A stretch of DNA of 54,802 nucleotides from Candidatus Omnitrophota bacterium. Lineage in GTDB: Bacteria; Omnitrophota; Gorgyraeia; Zapsychrales; Fredricksoniimonadaceae. Both the position numbers and the translations under genes were made by a program. Within the stretch, counting starts at the first letter, position 1; every line of letters begins with the position of its first letter. Location of the stretch: positions 1 through 54,802 of the forward strand of contig PEAF01000007.1 in the NCBI GenBank assembly GCA_002753465.1. The letters are read 5' to 3'. This document shows, piece after piece, positions 14,501 to 23,087 of the stretch. Below the pieces are notes generated by a model, which was given only the letters and a program-made list of their open reading frames with translations, did no database searches and was not told the origin of the DNA.

Positions 14501-17023
14501 GTGGCAATAAAGGAAATACTTTGCAGCGTTCTTTCTTTATCGCTTTTCCTGTCGCCCGAAATGTCTTATGCTCAAAGCGCTTTTGTGTCGACGCTCCCTG
14601 TGCCGGGAAAGATGGTGGGCATATCCGCGCCATTTACGCCCGTGCTTGTGAAGGGCTTGGTGATCCATCCTGATCAGCCGCTGAATTTTGATTTCATTGT
14701 CGATTCCGGGAACGATGTGACCGATCAGGCCGTCATCAAAGAGCAGAGCAGCCGTCTGGCTAAATATTTTCTCGCCGCCGTAACAGTTCCCGAATCCCAG
14801 TTGTGGGTGAATTTGTCTCCGTATGAAAAAGATCGCGTTATTGAGAATGAGCTGGGCACGACCGAACTTGGTCGCGACATGCTGGCGCAGGATTATTTAC
14901 TTAAGCAGCTGACGGCATCACTCATCTACCCAGAAGAAGGTTTAGGTAAGGATTTCTGGGCGAAGGTTTACAGTCAGGCACAGGCTAAATTCGGCACAAC
15001 GGATATTCCGGTCGATACATTCAATAAAGTTTGGATCATGCCAGCCACGGCTGAGGTATTTGAGAAGGGCAATGCCGTTTATGTGACCCAGGCACGTTTG
15101 AAGGTAATGCTTGATTCGGATTATGTTGCGATGAGCAATGTGATGGGCGTAGGGGAGGACCTTGTGTCCTCCCAAAAACGGGCGGACATAAAGTCCGCCC
15201 CTACGCACGAATTAACAAAGAGCCTCTTGCGTGAGATCATCCTCCCCGCCATCGAAAAAGAGGTCAATGAAGGCAAGAATTTTGCCGCGATCCGTCAGAT
15301 TTATCACACCGCTATTTTAGCCAAGTGGTATCGCGAGCTGATCCAGAATACACTCCTCTCTCAGGCATATGTCGGTCAGAACAAAGTTGAAGGCATTACA
15401 TTAGACGAGAAGGCACTCAAGGAAGAGATCTATCAGCGTTACATCGCCGCTTACAAGAAGGGCGTCTTTGACTACATTAAAGACGAAGATGTTGTAGGGG
15501 AGGACCTTGTGTCCGCCCGCATGCCAAGGAAATACTTCTCGGGCGGTATTTCTGATTTTGCGATGAAGAATGTTCCATTGAGCAAAACCAATGATGCCCG
15601 TGCCGTAGCGCCGGCGGTCGGTGATACTTTTAAAGTGGATCTGGCGATGGGCACTGTTGAGAGCCGGGAAGAATTGAAGGCATTGGCCGATGCCCGTCTT
15701 TCATGGCTGATTGAGCATGATCCGAAATTTGCCACCCAACTTGCGATCCTGGGAAAGAATCTGCCTGGTATTATTTTGCGCAAGAAGGCGCATGTCGTGA
15801 ACGTTTACTGGTTCTTTTATTTGTTCCGTCAGAAGCAATTTGAGACCCTCTATCACTTGTTGTCAGACAAGGAGAGGGATGGTGGGAATAAGGTTGTGCA
15901 TGATGCGTATAAGTCTCAGCTTAAACGACTTTCACGGATGTACAGGTCTCTTGGTCCCGATATGCAGGACAGGCTTTTGACTGTTCTTATTTTGCATGAT
16001 ATCGGATCCGTCGAGGGCGCCTGGGATTGGACACACCATGTGCGTGGTCGTGATATGGTCAAGCGCATACTTGAAGATAAAAGGTTAGGATTTGAGCCCA
16101 GTGAAGTCGAGGTCATCGCGGATGCTGTTTTTAATCATGGCATTGTCAGTAATATCGGGGTCGATTTCCTTCCTGAGGATTTTGCAAGGTTTTCAGCCAA
16201 AGAAAAAGACTTTTACATCCTAATGTCATTTGCTGATTTGATGGCAAATAAGGATGGTGAAACCAATGGCGCAACGCGCTTTAACCTTGATTATTTACTG
16301 GGTTTGCAGGAGCGTTTTGAGTCATTCAAGACAGTAGAGGATAAATTTCTTAAGTACAGGTTTGGAAAATTCTTCAGGCCTTTTGCGATGAAGAGTGAGA
16401 AAATGGATAACAACTATGCCGAGGTTATGAAGGAACTTGAACGGTTAAGCGGGGATGACCTTGGCCGTGTGAAAGCCATCTGGCAGAACCGCATCCGTGT
16501 GAATATGTTCGGGCTCTTCATGTCGTTGGGGGAAGATAGCCGGGAAAATTTTGCGCGCCTTGTTTACCAGGTCGCTAAGAAAGTCATGGCTGAAGATCCT
16601 GTCAGTGGCGATATTTACCTTGAAACCGAGGTTGATTTTATGGGGTTGGATTTTCAAGGCAATAGTCCGTCTTTTGTCCTGCGGTCTAAATATGTGTCTG
16701 GTGTGCGTCACATATTGGCTAGTGGTGGTGATATCCCGATGCATTTTAGAGAGAAGGATGGGCAAACGCAGCTTGTGATAGAGTTGGAAAATATACTTGG
16801 GCTTCAAGGTGGGCCTGACGCAGCGAACGGTCAGGATGTGACGAACGGTGGTATTGATATCAGGAACATTGACGTTAATAAGGCCGGCAGTGCCAGGATA
16901 CAGTTCAATGACCAGGCGGTTCGAGACGTGCTGGTCCATGGCTTTAATGGCTTTACGCCGGTGATCATTAAGATCACACCAGCTATTGACCCTTTAGCGG
17001 CGTTGGGTATAGTTAAACTGTAA
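14501..17023 (+). CDS. Secreted modular GGID-CTD family protein with HD-domain cargo
   Basis: Start GTG 14501 (GGAG upstream) or ATG 14495; N- and C-terminal domains nearly identical to 1936-10536; cargo has LILHDIG...HH.RG...NHG...FAD HD-superfamily pattern. Confidence 0.8.
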   Translation: MAIKEILCSVLSLSLFLSPEMSYAQSAFVSTLPVPGKMVGISAPFTPVLVKGLVIHPDQPLNFDFIVDSGNDVTDQAVIKEQSSRLAKYFLAAVTVPESQLWVNLSPYEKDRVIENELGTTELGRDMLAQDYLLKQLTASLIYPEEGLGKDFWAKVYSQAQAKFGTTDIPVDTFNKVWIMPATAEVFEKGNAVYVTQARLKVMLDSDYVAMSNVMGVGEDLVSSQKRADIKSAPTHELTKSLLREIILPAIEKEVNEGKNFAAIRQIYHTAILAKWYRELIQNTLLSQAYVGQNKVEGITLDEKALKEEIYQRYIAAYKKGVFDYIKDEDVVGEDLVSARMPRKYFSGGISDFAMKNVPLSKTNDARAVAPAVGDTFKVDLAMGTVESREELKALADARLSWLIEHDPKFATQLAILGKNLPGIILRKKAHVVNVYWFFYLFRQKQFETLYHLLSDKERDGGNKVVHDAYKSQLKRLSRMYRSLGPDMQDRLLTVLILHDIGSVEGAWDWTHHVRGRDMVKRILEDKRLGFEPSEVEVIADAVFNHGIVSNIGVDFLPEDFARFSAKEKDFYILMSFADLMANKDGETNGATRFNLDYLLGLQERFESFKTVEDKFLKYRFGKFFRPFAMKSEKMDNNYAEVMKELERLSGDDLGRVKAIWQNRIRVNMFGLFMSLGEDSRENFARLVYQVAKKVMAEDPVSGDIYLETEVDFMGLDFQGNSPSFVLRSKYVSGVRHILASGGDIPMHFREKDGQTQLVIELENILGLQGGPDAANGQDVTNGGIDIRNIDVNKAGSARIQFNDQAVRDVLVHGFNGFTPVIIKITPAIDPLAALGIVKL
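15149..15204. repeat. REP doublet (REPIN-like) inserted in frame in a CDS
   Basis: GTAGGGGAGGACCTTGTGTCCTCCC followed by an inverted copy GGGCGGACATAAAGTCCGCCCCTAC; GTAG foot plus short palindrome. Confidence 0.75.
15494..15518 (+). repeat. Single REP-like element in frame in a CDS
   Basis: GTAGGGGAGGACCTTGTGTCCGCCC, 24/25 identical to 15149-15173. Confidence 0.75.
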
Positions 17024-17052
17024 GGCTTAAATAAAACATAACAGGGATCTGC

Positions 17053-18804
17053 ATGCATCGTTGGTCGTATTTTTTCATAGCATTCTTACTGATACTCGTA
17101 GCACCGCTGGCCCATGCCTCCGGCGCTGGTAAGGGTGACTTTGACCCCGCCCTCATCAATTGGCTGCGCACGAATGTCAGCGCGAAGACGGGCATGCCTT
17201 TTAGTTTTGCCATCTCTGGGGATAAGAAAGATGTTTACAGCCGCATCGGGATGCCCGCGTCTCCAACCGGGATCATCGAGCGCGTGATACTTGAAGAGGG
17301 TATATCTATTTATGATGCGGCCGTGTGGCAGATCGTGATGGGCGCTACCGGGGATGCCCGGGATCTTCAGCAGGCCATGAAGCCCGTGAAGTATTATTGG
17401 GATGGCGCGATGGAAGGGCTTTTTAATATCCGCACCGGGTCGGGCGGGTCTGTGTTCGTCTATGACCCCGTGCAGCCGGATGCCGTGACGTCCCAGCTTT
17501 CCGAGCAGGGCCGGCGTGGTTTTATTTTCCGTATCATTGATGCGAACGGCGCGTACCAGATGAGCGATCCTTTGGACGGCAGCACGGTCAATGAAGATTT
17601 TCCGAATGATCCGAATATTCACTGGGAAGACTGGAAGCCTATCGCCGGCGAAAATGCGTGGGTCGTTATTGCGGCGCTGCATTTACTTGAGCATAACGCG
17701 GATGTCCAGGCAGGCACGGTGCGCATGCAGGACACGCCGGAATTCCGGCTTGCGGTGGAATTGGCCAGGGCGGCGATGTTCCTTCAGGCGGAAAATGGCG
17801 GCATTCGCATGGCGCCTTTAGGGACCTATAATCATTTGCTCAACATCAAGCCGGGTTTAAGCGAGGCCGAGATCACGCATGAGCTTGATCAAAGGTCGCT
17901 GCAGTTCAAGTCAGCGCATAAGGTCAAGGCGCCTCTGGTGCGGGTGGGTGTTCAAGATTATCCGGACTATCACGCCTGGCATTATGAAGAGATCTCTACC
18001 GAAAATAATCTTTCCTGGTACGCTGCGATGCGCATGCTCTTTAAGTTGACCGGCAATGAAGAGTACCGGACCGTGATGCAGGGTATCGAAACTTATTTAA
18101 GGTCGGCCTGGAATGCCCAGGACAATGTTTTTTACCAGGGTGCGCATTATACGCAAGGGCGCTGGATGCCCAATCCGGAGCCTTTTGCCGAGGATGTACA
18201 AAGCTGGGCGATCATGGTCCTGGGGCCGGAAGTTTTGGATCAGTGGTTCGGCGAGGGCGCGGCCTATCACATCTGGCAAAAGACCAGGGCCTATGCTGGT
18301 GTTTTTGCTTCTGACGGACGATTGCAGGGCGTCGGTTTTACGCTGGAGAATGATCGTTTATCGGTGGAGTGGACAGCAGGGGCCATCATGGCTGTCCGTC
18401 AACTTGAGGACTATTATGCGTCAATGCACCCGCAGTGGGTGGATGGCTTAAAGCAGGATGCGCGCAGTATGCGTGAGGGCATTGATCAGTTCCGGTTCGC
18501 CGCGTCGGGGGATCGGGCGTCTTACGCGTATTCATCCAAACGCGGATGGATCCCATTCGGCTGGTTCTCACAGGCGCCTGAGGTGCAGAGCCTTGTCTCA
18601 ACAGCCTGGGTGGCACTGGTCGATGCGGGGATAAATCCCTTTATCCTGTCCTCATCTGCGTCTTTTGCCGCGAAACCGGTGCCTGTGGATATGTGGTTGG
18701 GGTCCTTCAGAGAGAATTTCCGTCACGCGATCGCTACGTCATACGGCATCTACTCCTTCGGCTTCTTTCCGCCTGCGTATTTCCTGTATAATTTCCTGCA
18801 TTAA
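17053..18804 (+). CDS. Secreted six-hairpin (alpha/alpha)6 glycosidase-like protein
   Basis: Signal peptide (LAHA); YDAA, GENAW, NGGI, STENN, DVQSW, SVEWTAG motifs in a helical Trp/Glu-rich sequence; exact GH family not assignable by eye. Confidence 0.55.
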   Translation: MHRWSYFFIAFLLILVAPLAHASGAGKGDFDPALINWLRTNVSAKTGMPFSFAISGDKKDVYSRIGMPASPTGIIERVILEEGISIYDAAVWQIVMGATGDARDLQQAMKPVKYYWDGAMEGLFNIRTGSGGSVFVYDPVQPDAVTSQLSEQGRRGFIFRIIDANGAYQMSDPLDGSTVNEDFPNDPNIHWEDWKPIAGENAWVVIAALHLLEHNADVQAGTVRMQDTPEFRLAVELARAAMFLQAENGGIRMAPLGTYNHLLNIKPGLSEAEITHELDQRSLQFKSAHKVKAPLVRVGVQDYPDYHAWHYEEISTENNLSWYAAMRMLFKLTGNEEYRTVMQGIETYLRSAWNAQDNVFYQGAHYTQGRWMPNPEPFAEDVQSWAIMVLGPEVLDQWFGEGAAYHIWQKTRAYAGVFASDGRLQGVGFTLENDRLSVEWTAGAIMAVRQLEDYYASMHPQWVDGLKQDARSMREGIDQFRFAASGDRASYAYSSKRGWIPFGWFSQAPEVQSLVSTAWVALVDAGINPFILSSSASFAAKPVPVDMWLGSFRENFRHAIATSYGIYSFGFFPPAYFLYNFLH

Positions 18805-18909
18805 CTTATTCCCGCTTATCATTTTGTGTTAGAATTTTTCGTAAAAGAGAACGTCCGCCTAGAACTTCAGGCGGACGGGAAATTGTTTACTGAACTAACG
18901 GTATCGCTA

Positions 18910-19416
18910 TCAGAACGACACCTCGGTCACAGGTGCAGGTTCAGGAGCAGGTGCCGGTGTTGGATCAGGCGTCGGTGTCGGTGCTGGCGCAGGATCTGGT
19001 GCTGGTGCCGGCGGAACGACCGGGTCTGGAACGATCACAGGCGGCGGTGGCGGCGGCGGAACAACAGGATCCGGAACGATCACCGGCGGCGGTGGCGGTG
19101 GAACAACAGGATCCGGAACGATCACAGGCGGCGGTGGCGGTGGAGGAACGATCACAGGCGGCGGAACAACAACGGGGTCTGGTACTTTAACTACGCGGCC
19201 GCGGTCACCCTGAAGATCTTTGCGGTCGTCGCGTGATTGACCCCACGGGTCGCGCATTTCCGGACGGTTGCCATGGTCTTTGTCTTTCTGCTCAAGCGCT
19301 TGTTCGCGCCCTTTATCGTTTTTCGATTCTCGATCGTCTTGTCGGGCTTGTGCGGGGATGCAAAAGGCAAAGACCAGGATCAACAGAAGCGTGAGTTTAA
19401 GGGGTAGGTAATTCAT
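18910..19416 (-). CDS. Secreted proline-rich repeat protein
   Basis: ATG 19416 with GGAGG RBS; signal peptide (PAQA); tandem VIVPDPVVPPPPPP repeats then PA/PT tail. Confidence 0.75.
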   Translation of the reverse strand: MNYLPLKLTLLLILVFAFCIPAQARQDDRESKNDKGREQALEQKDKDHGNRPEMRDPWGQSRDDRKDLQGDRGRVVKVPDPVVVPPPVIVPPPPPPPVIVPDPVVPPPPPPVIVPDPVVPPPPPPPVIVPDPVVPPAPAPDPAPAPTPTPDPTPAPAPEPAPVTEVSF

Positions 19417-19477
19417 AAAACCTCCTGCACTGGTTACTCTCGTGCAGAGGTGCACAACGGGGCGGAACACGGTTAGC

Positions 19478-19560
19478 CAGCTTCGGCGGCCCGGCTGTCC
19501 TTCTATCGAAGGACCCGCAGCTTTGCGTCACCCCCTTACGGGAGTTTTGCCTTTTACAAC
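19478..19560 (-). promoter_or_regulatory. c-di-GMP-I (GEMM) riboswitch
   Basis: Minus strand reads AAAAGGCAAA-ACTCCC-GTAA-GGGGGT-GACGCAAAGC...GGGTC...GACAGCCGGGCCGCCGAA, matching the GEMM consensus (GGCAAA, GNRA-capped P2, GACGCAAA, terminal CCGA); in the 5' UTR of the Pro-rich gene. Confidence 0.85.
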
Positions 19561-19580
19561 TTCTAACTCTCAACTAAAGT

Positions 19581-20996
19581 ATGGCATTTGCAATGATGAA
19601 AAACAAGGGCTTGCGGCTGATAATGGGGATATTCTTTGTGACGGGGGCGGGGCTTTCCCTGGCAGATACCGATGAAAATTCCCGTCGGGTGGAAGAAAAA
19701 AAACGTGTGATCATCGATCAGGCTCCCTTGAATGAGGTCGTGCACAGAAAAGAATATTCTTTTGAGTCCGGCGGATGGCTCAATTACCGTATCAGCGATT
19801 ATGATGAACTGGACAATGACCGGACCGAGAAGGATTACTTCACGCGATCCCTACGCGCGGATGTCCGCTTATGGGGCCGGCTGACATATCGCCCATCAAC
19901 AGCCAGCGACCCTGACAAAGATTATATCTATATGCGTATCAAAGATATTTATACCGAACTTCAGGGGACTGAGCCGGGCGCGCGTTTTGACAATCGCGGG
20001 CCGCAAGTGGATTATGCTTATATGGGCATGGATCATAATCCCTGGAAGGTAGAGGCCGGGCGTCGCTACTTCATTATAGGGCGCGGCATTGCCTATAGCG
20101 GCGTACATGACGGTGTTCAGGTTAATTATCAGCCGGCGGGATTGAATTGCACCGGTTTTATATCTCAATTGCCGCCACACACGAGCAATATCGACACGAG
20201 CGTGCCTGGCTATGACAAGGAAAGCCGGCGTTATTTCGCGGGAGCCGGTATCGCGCTTACCAAGATGAAGCAGCATCAGATCTATACCTACACTGTTTTA
20301 GAGCGCGACCACAGCCGTGAGCGGCCTGAAAATCCATTTCAGGATTACAGATATGATGCCGAGTATTTTGGCCTCGGTTCAAACGGGCAGTGGGCCGATC
20401 AATGGCCGTACTGGGCCGAGATTATCCGTGAGACCGGGTATTCGCGTGAATTCCCTTCGAATGCGCGCAGTAATATTTCGGCCTGGGCATTTGACGCTGA
20501 GCAGAAATTCTCGACGAAGTGGGCATCGAAGGTGGTTTTCAGTGCTGAGGGGGCCTTGGGTTCCGGGGATGGTGACCGGGAGGTTCCGACCAATACGGTC
20601 TATGGCAATAGGTCCGGCCGTGACCACGGCTTTTCGTACTTTGGTTATTTACCGACAGGCGCCGCGCTTTATCCGGCCTTATCTAATCTGCGCCTGCTGC
20701 GTTTAGGGGTCGATGCGTATCCGTTTTATCGCATTGATCTTTTGCGTAAGATATTGCTGGGCGTCGATTACTATCATTATTGGAAAGATCGTTCTGACGG
20801 CGGATTTTCAGATCTTGACGCCACAGTTGCCCGGCGTGATATCGGCCAGGAGATCGATCTGAAGGCCGACTGGTGGGTTACCAAAAAGGTTTTCTTATCG
20901 GCGGAATGGGGGAGTTTCCTGCCCGGCAAGGCGTATGACCGTTCGCATCGCAGTGAAACACAGGTTGTTTCACTGAGCATGAGTGTGATATTCTAA
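19581..20996 (+). CDS. Alginate export (AlgE-like) family outer-membrane beta-barrel
   Basis: Signal peptide, amphipathic beta strands, GSGDGD and DIGQEIDL motifs, C-terminal Phe; start may be 19593/19596. Confidence 0.65.
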   Translation: MAFAMMKNKGLRLIMGIFFVTGAGLSLADTDENSRRVEEKKRVIIDQAPLNEVVHRKEYSFESGGWLNYRISDYDELDNDRTEKDYFTRSLRADVRLWGRLTYRPSTASDPDKDYIYMRIKDIYTELQGTEPGARFDNRGPQVDYAYMGMDHNPWKVEAGRRYFIIGRGIAYSGVHDGVQVNYQPAGLNCTGFISQLPPHTSNIDTSVPGYDKESRRYFAGAGIALTKMKQHQIYTYTVLERDHSRERPENPFQDYRYDAEYFGLGSNGQWADQWPYWAEIIRETGYSREFPSNARSNISAWAFDAEQKFSTKWASKVVFSAEGALGSGDGDREVPTNTVYGNRSGRDHGFSYFGYLPTGAALYPALSNLRLLRLGVDAYPFYRIDLLRKILLGVDYYHYWKDRSDGGFSDLDATVARRDIGQEIDLKADWWVTKKVFLSAEWGSFLPGKAYDRSHRSETQVVSLSMSVIF

Positions 20997-21028
20997 CAGC
21001 ACAACTGAAATCAACAGAGGAACATGTT

Positions 21029-22702
21029 ATGTTCAAAAAAATATGCAATATCACACTGAAGATATTCCTGGGTCTCTTTGTTTTTTACACGGTTGTCGGG
21101 TTTACTATTCTCCCGGCGGTCATCAAGTGGGCTGTTGCAAGTCAGGGGACAGCGATCCTTAAGCATGAGGTCAGGGTCCGTTCGGTCGATCTTAATCCGT
21201 TCACGTTCCGGCTGCGTGTGGCCGGGTTCGAGGTCCTGGATAAAGACAGCACGGTGATGGCCGGCTTCGAGCGCTTTACCGTTGATCTCAGTTTTCTGGC
21301 ATTATTCAAGAAAGTTTACCGCGTCGAATCGTTGACGCTTGATGGTCTCAGGGTCAATGTGGCCCTTTTGCCCGGTGGTAAGGTTAACCTGCTGGAGCTT
21401 GTTCCGCCGGTTCCTGCCGCGCCTCAGGCACCTTCAACATCAGTGCCAAAGCCTGCCGCAACGCCTGTGTCCCTGCCTCTGGTTGTGGTGGATGACATCA
21501 AATTAAACGATGGCGCCGTGGCCTTCACGGACAAGACGCTTACGCCTGTTTTTAAAACATCACTCCATGCGATCAATATCCATATTACAGGCTTGTCGAC
21601 CAAGCCTGACGGACAGGCCAAGGTCATGTTCGAGGCCAGGCTTGATGAGAAAGGCGTGATCTCGTCTGAAACAGATATCAAGCCCCTGGTGCAGCCGGTC
21701 GAGCTTGAAACAAGTTTTTCACTTAATGGCTATGCGATGAATACGCTGACGCCTTATGTGGGCAAGTTTACCGGGCGCTCGCTGGCAGACGGGAATATGA
21801 ACTTCAAGATGGATTACAGGATCTCGAACAATAAATTGACCGCCAGCCATAAGGTGCTTATCCAGCGTTTTGCATTCGGGCAGAAAGTAGAGAGCAGGGA
21901 TGCTTTGCCGTTGCCCTTCGGCCTGGTGGTGGCCCTGTTGGAAGATGCTGACGGACGTATCAATGTGTCGCTGCCGGTGACCGGTGATATGAGCTCACCT
22001 GAGTTTCATTATTGGGGCCTTGTAGGGCAGGTGGTGCGTAATTTCTTTTTCGGTATCGTGGCCAAGCCTTTTGCCTTTCTGGCCTCCGCGTTAGGGGCTG
22101 AGAGCGGCAACGAAGAATTGGGGTATGTACGTTTTACGCCCGGCAAAGCGGATATTGCTGATGCCGAAAAAGAGAAAATGCGCACGCTCATGAAGGGCCT
22201 GAAGGCGCGTCCGAAGCTTTTACTGGCGATCAACGGCTCTTATGCTGCTGATGTTGACTGGAAGGCGATACAGAAGGACGTTGTTGACCGGGATTTTGCT
22301 GACATGCGCCAGAAGTCTTCACGTACGGATAGCCGTGTTTATCAGGACCTTTATCAGCGGCGTTTCGGTATCCAGGCGTTATGGAATGCGACCAAAAAGT
22401 TCAAGCAACGTCAGGGTGCGTATGATGACAAGGCGCTGGAGCAGGAACTCCGGCGTCAATTGATCGAAGAAGGCGACGGCGATAAAGTAGCGCTGGCTTT
22501 GTTGGCCAAGCGGCGCGCTGAGGCGGTGCATGCCTTTATGCTGGCCGAGGGATTTGATGAGCGGCGCGTCTCAGTGGGTCCCGTGGCGGAGGTTCAGGCC
22601 AGCATGGGCTTTGTCCCGTCAGAATTTACGCTGACCATTTTTGAAAGTGACAAGCCTTCTGAAGCGGTCAAACCTGCGACGGATGTTCCGGCAGGCAAGT
22701 AG
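21029..22702 (+). CDS. DUF748 (AsmA-like) domain protein with degenerate OmpA-like C-terminus
   Basis: N-terminal anchor, LNPFTF, ALLEDADGRINVSLPVTGDMSSPEF, LAKRRAEAV. Confidence 0.75.
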   Translation: MFKKICNITLKIFLGLFVFYTVVGFTILPAVIKWAVASQGTAILKHEVRVRSVDLNPFTFRLRVAGFEVLDKDSTVMAGFERFTVDLSFLALFKKVYRVESLTLDGLRVNVALLPGGKVNLLELVPPVPAAPQAPSTSVPKPAATPVSLPLVVVDDIKLNDGAVAFTDKTLTPVFKTSLHAINIHITGLSTKPDGQAKVMFEARLDEKGVISSETDIKPLVQPVELETSFSLNGYAMNTLTPYVGKFTGRSLADGNMNFKMDYRISNNKLTASHKVLIQRFAFGQKVESRDALPLPFGLVVALLEDADGRINVSLPVTGDMSSPEFHYWGLVGQVVRNFFFGIVAKPFAFLASALGAESGNEELGYVRFTPGKADIADAEKEKMRTLMKGLKARPKLLLAINGSYAADVDWKAIQKDVVDRDFADMRQKSSRTDSRVYQDLYQRRFGIQALWNATKKFKQRQGAYDDKALEQELRRQLIEEGDGDKVALALLAKRRAEAVHAFMLAEGFDERRVSVGPVAEVQASMGFVPSEFTLTIFESDKPSEAVKPATDVPAGK

Positions 22703-22725
22703 ACGGCAATTACGGAGAAGATCAT

Positions 22726-23061
22726 ATGACATACGCATCCAGGCCTCAGGACCAGCGTCGCGACGTGCGCGTCGAGCACAAAGTGCCTGTCGAGGTCAAC
22801 ATCGGGTCACAGTTCACCCTGCAGGGGTCGCTTAAGGACCTTTCTTTAAAAAGCGCGTTTATTACCATCAAGGCCAGCGTGTGTTTTAATGTTAACGATG
22901 AGATCGGTTTTACGATCCAGGCCGCATCCGGCAAAGAGGATGATGCGATCAAGGGCATCGCCCGCATTTCCCGCCTGGCCCCGGGGGAGGGCTTTGTCAT
23001 TTATTTCACGCGCCTCATCGGAAATTCTGAAGCGCATTTGAAAAAGATCGTTGATTTCTAA
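22726..23061 (+). CDS. PilZ domain protein
   Basis: QRRDVR (RxxxR) and DLSLKS (D/NxSxxG-like, last Gly replaced). Confidence 0.7.
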   Translation: MTYASRPQDQRRDVRVEHKVPVEVNIGSQFTLQGSLKDLSLKSAFITIKASVCFNVNDEIGFTIQAASGKEDDAIKGIARISRLAPGEGFVIYFTRLIGNSEAHLKKIVDF

Positions 23062-23087
23062 ACTGTATCAGCGTTTGGCCTGCGGCT

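Noticed and set aside
19000-19190. CRISPR-like tandem repeats
   Set aside because: Repeats are contiguous coding repeats with no unique spacers and no cas genes
18826-19236. Arg/Trp-rich and Gln/Ala-rich plus-strand ORFs
   Set aside because: Antisense shadows of the proline-repeat gene, which has the RBS, signal peptide and riboswitch
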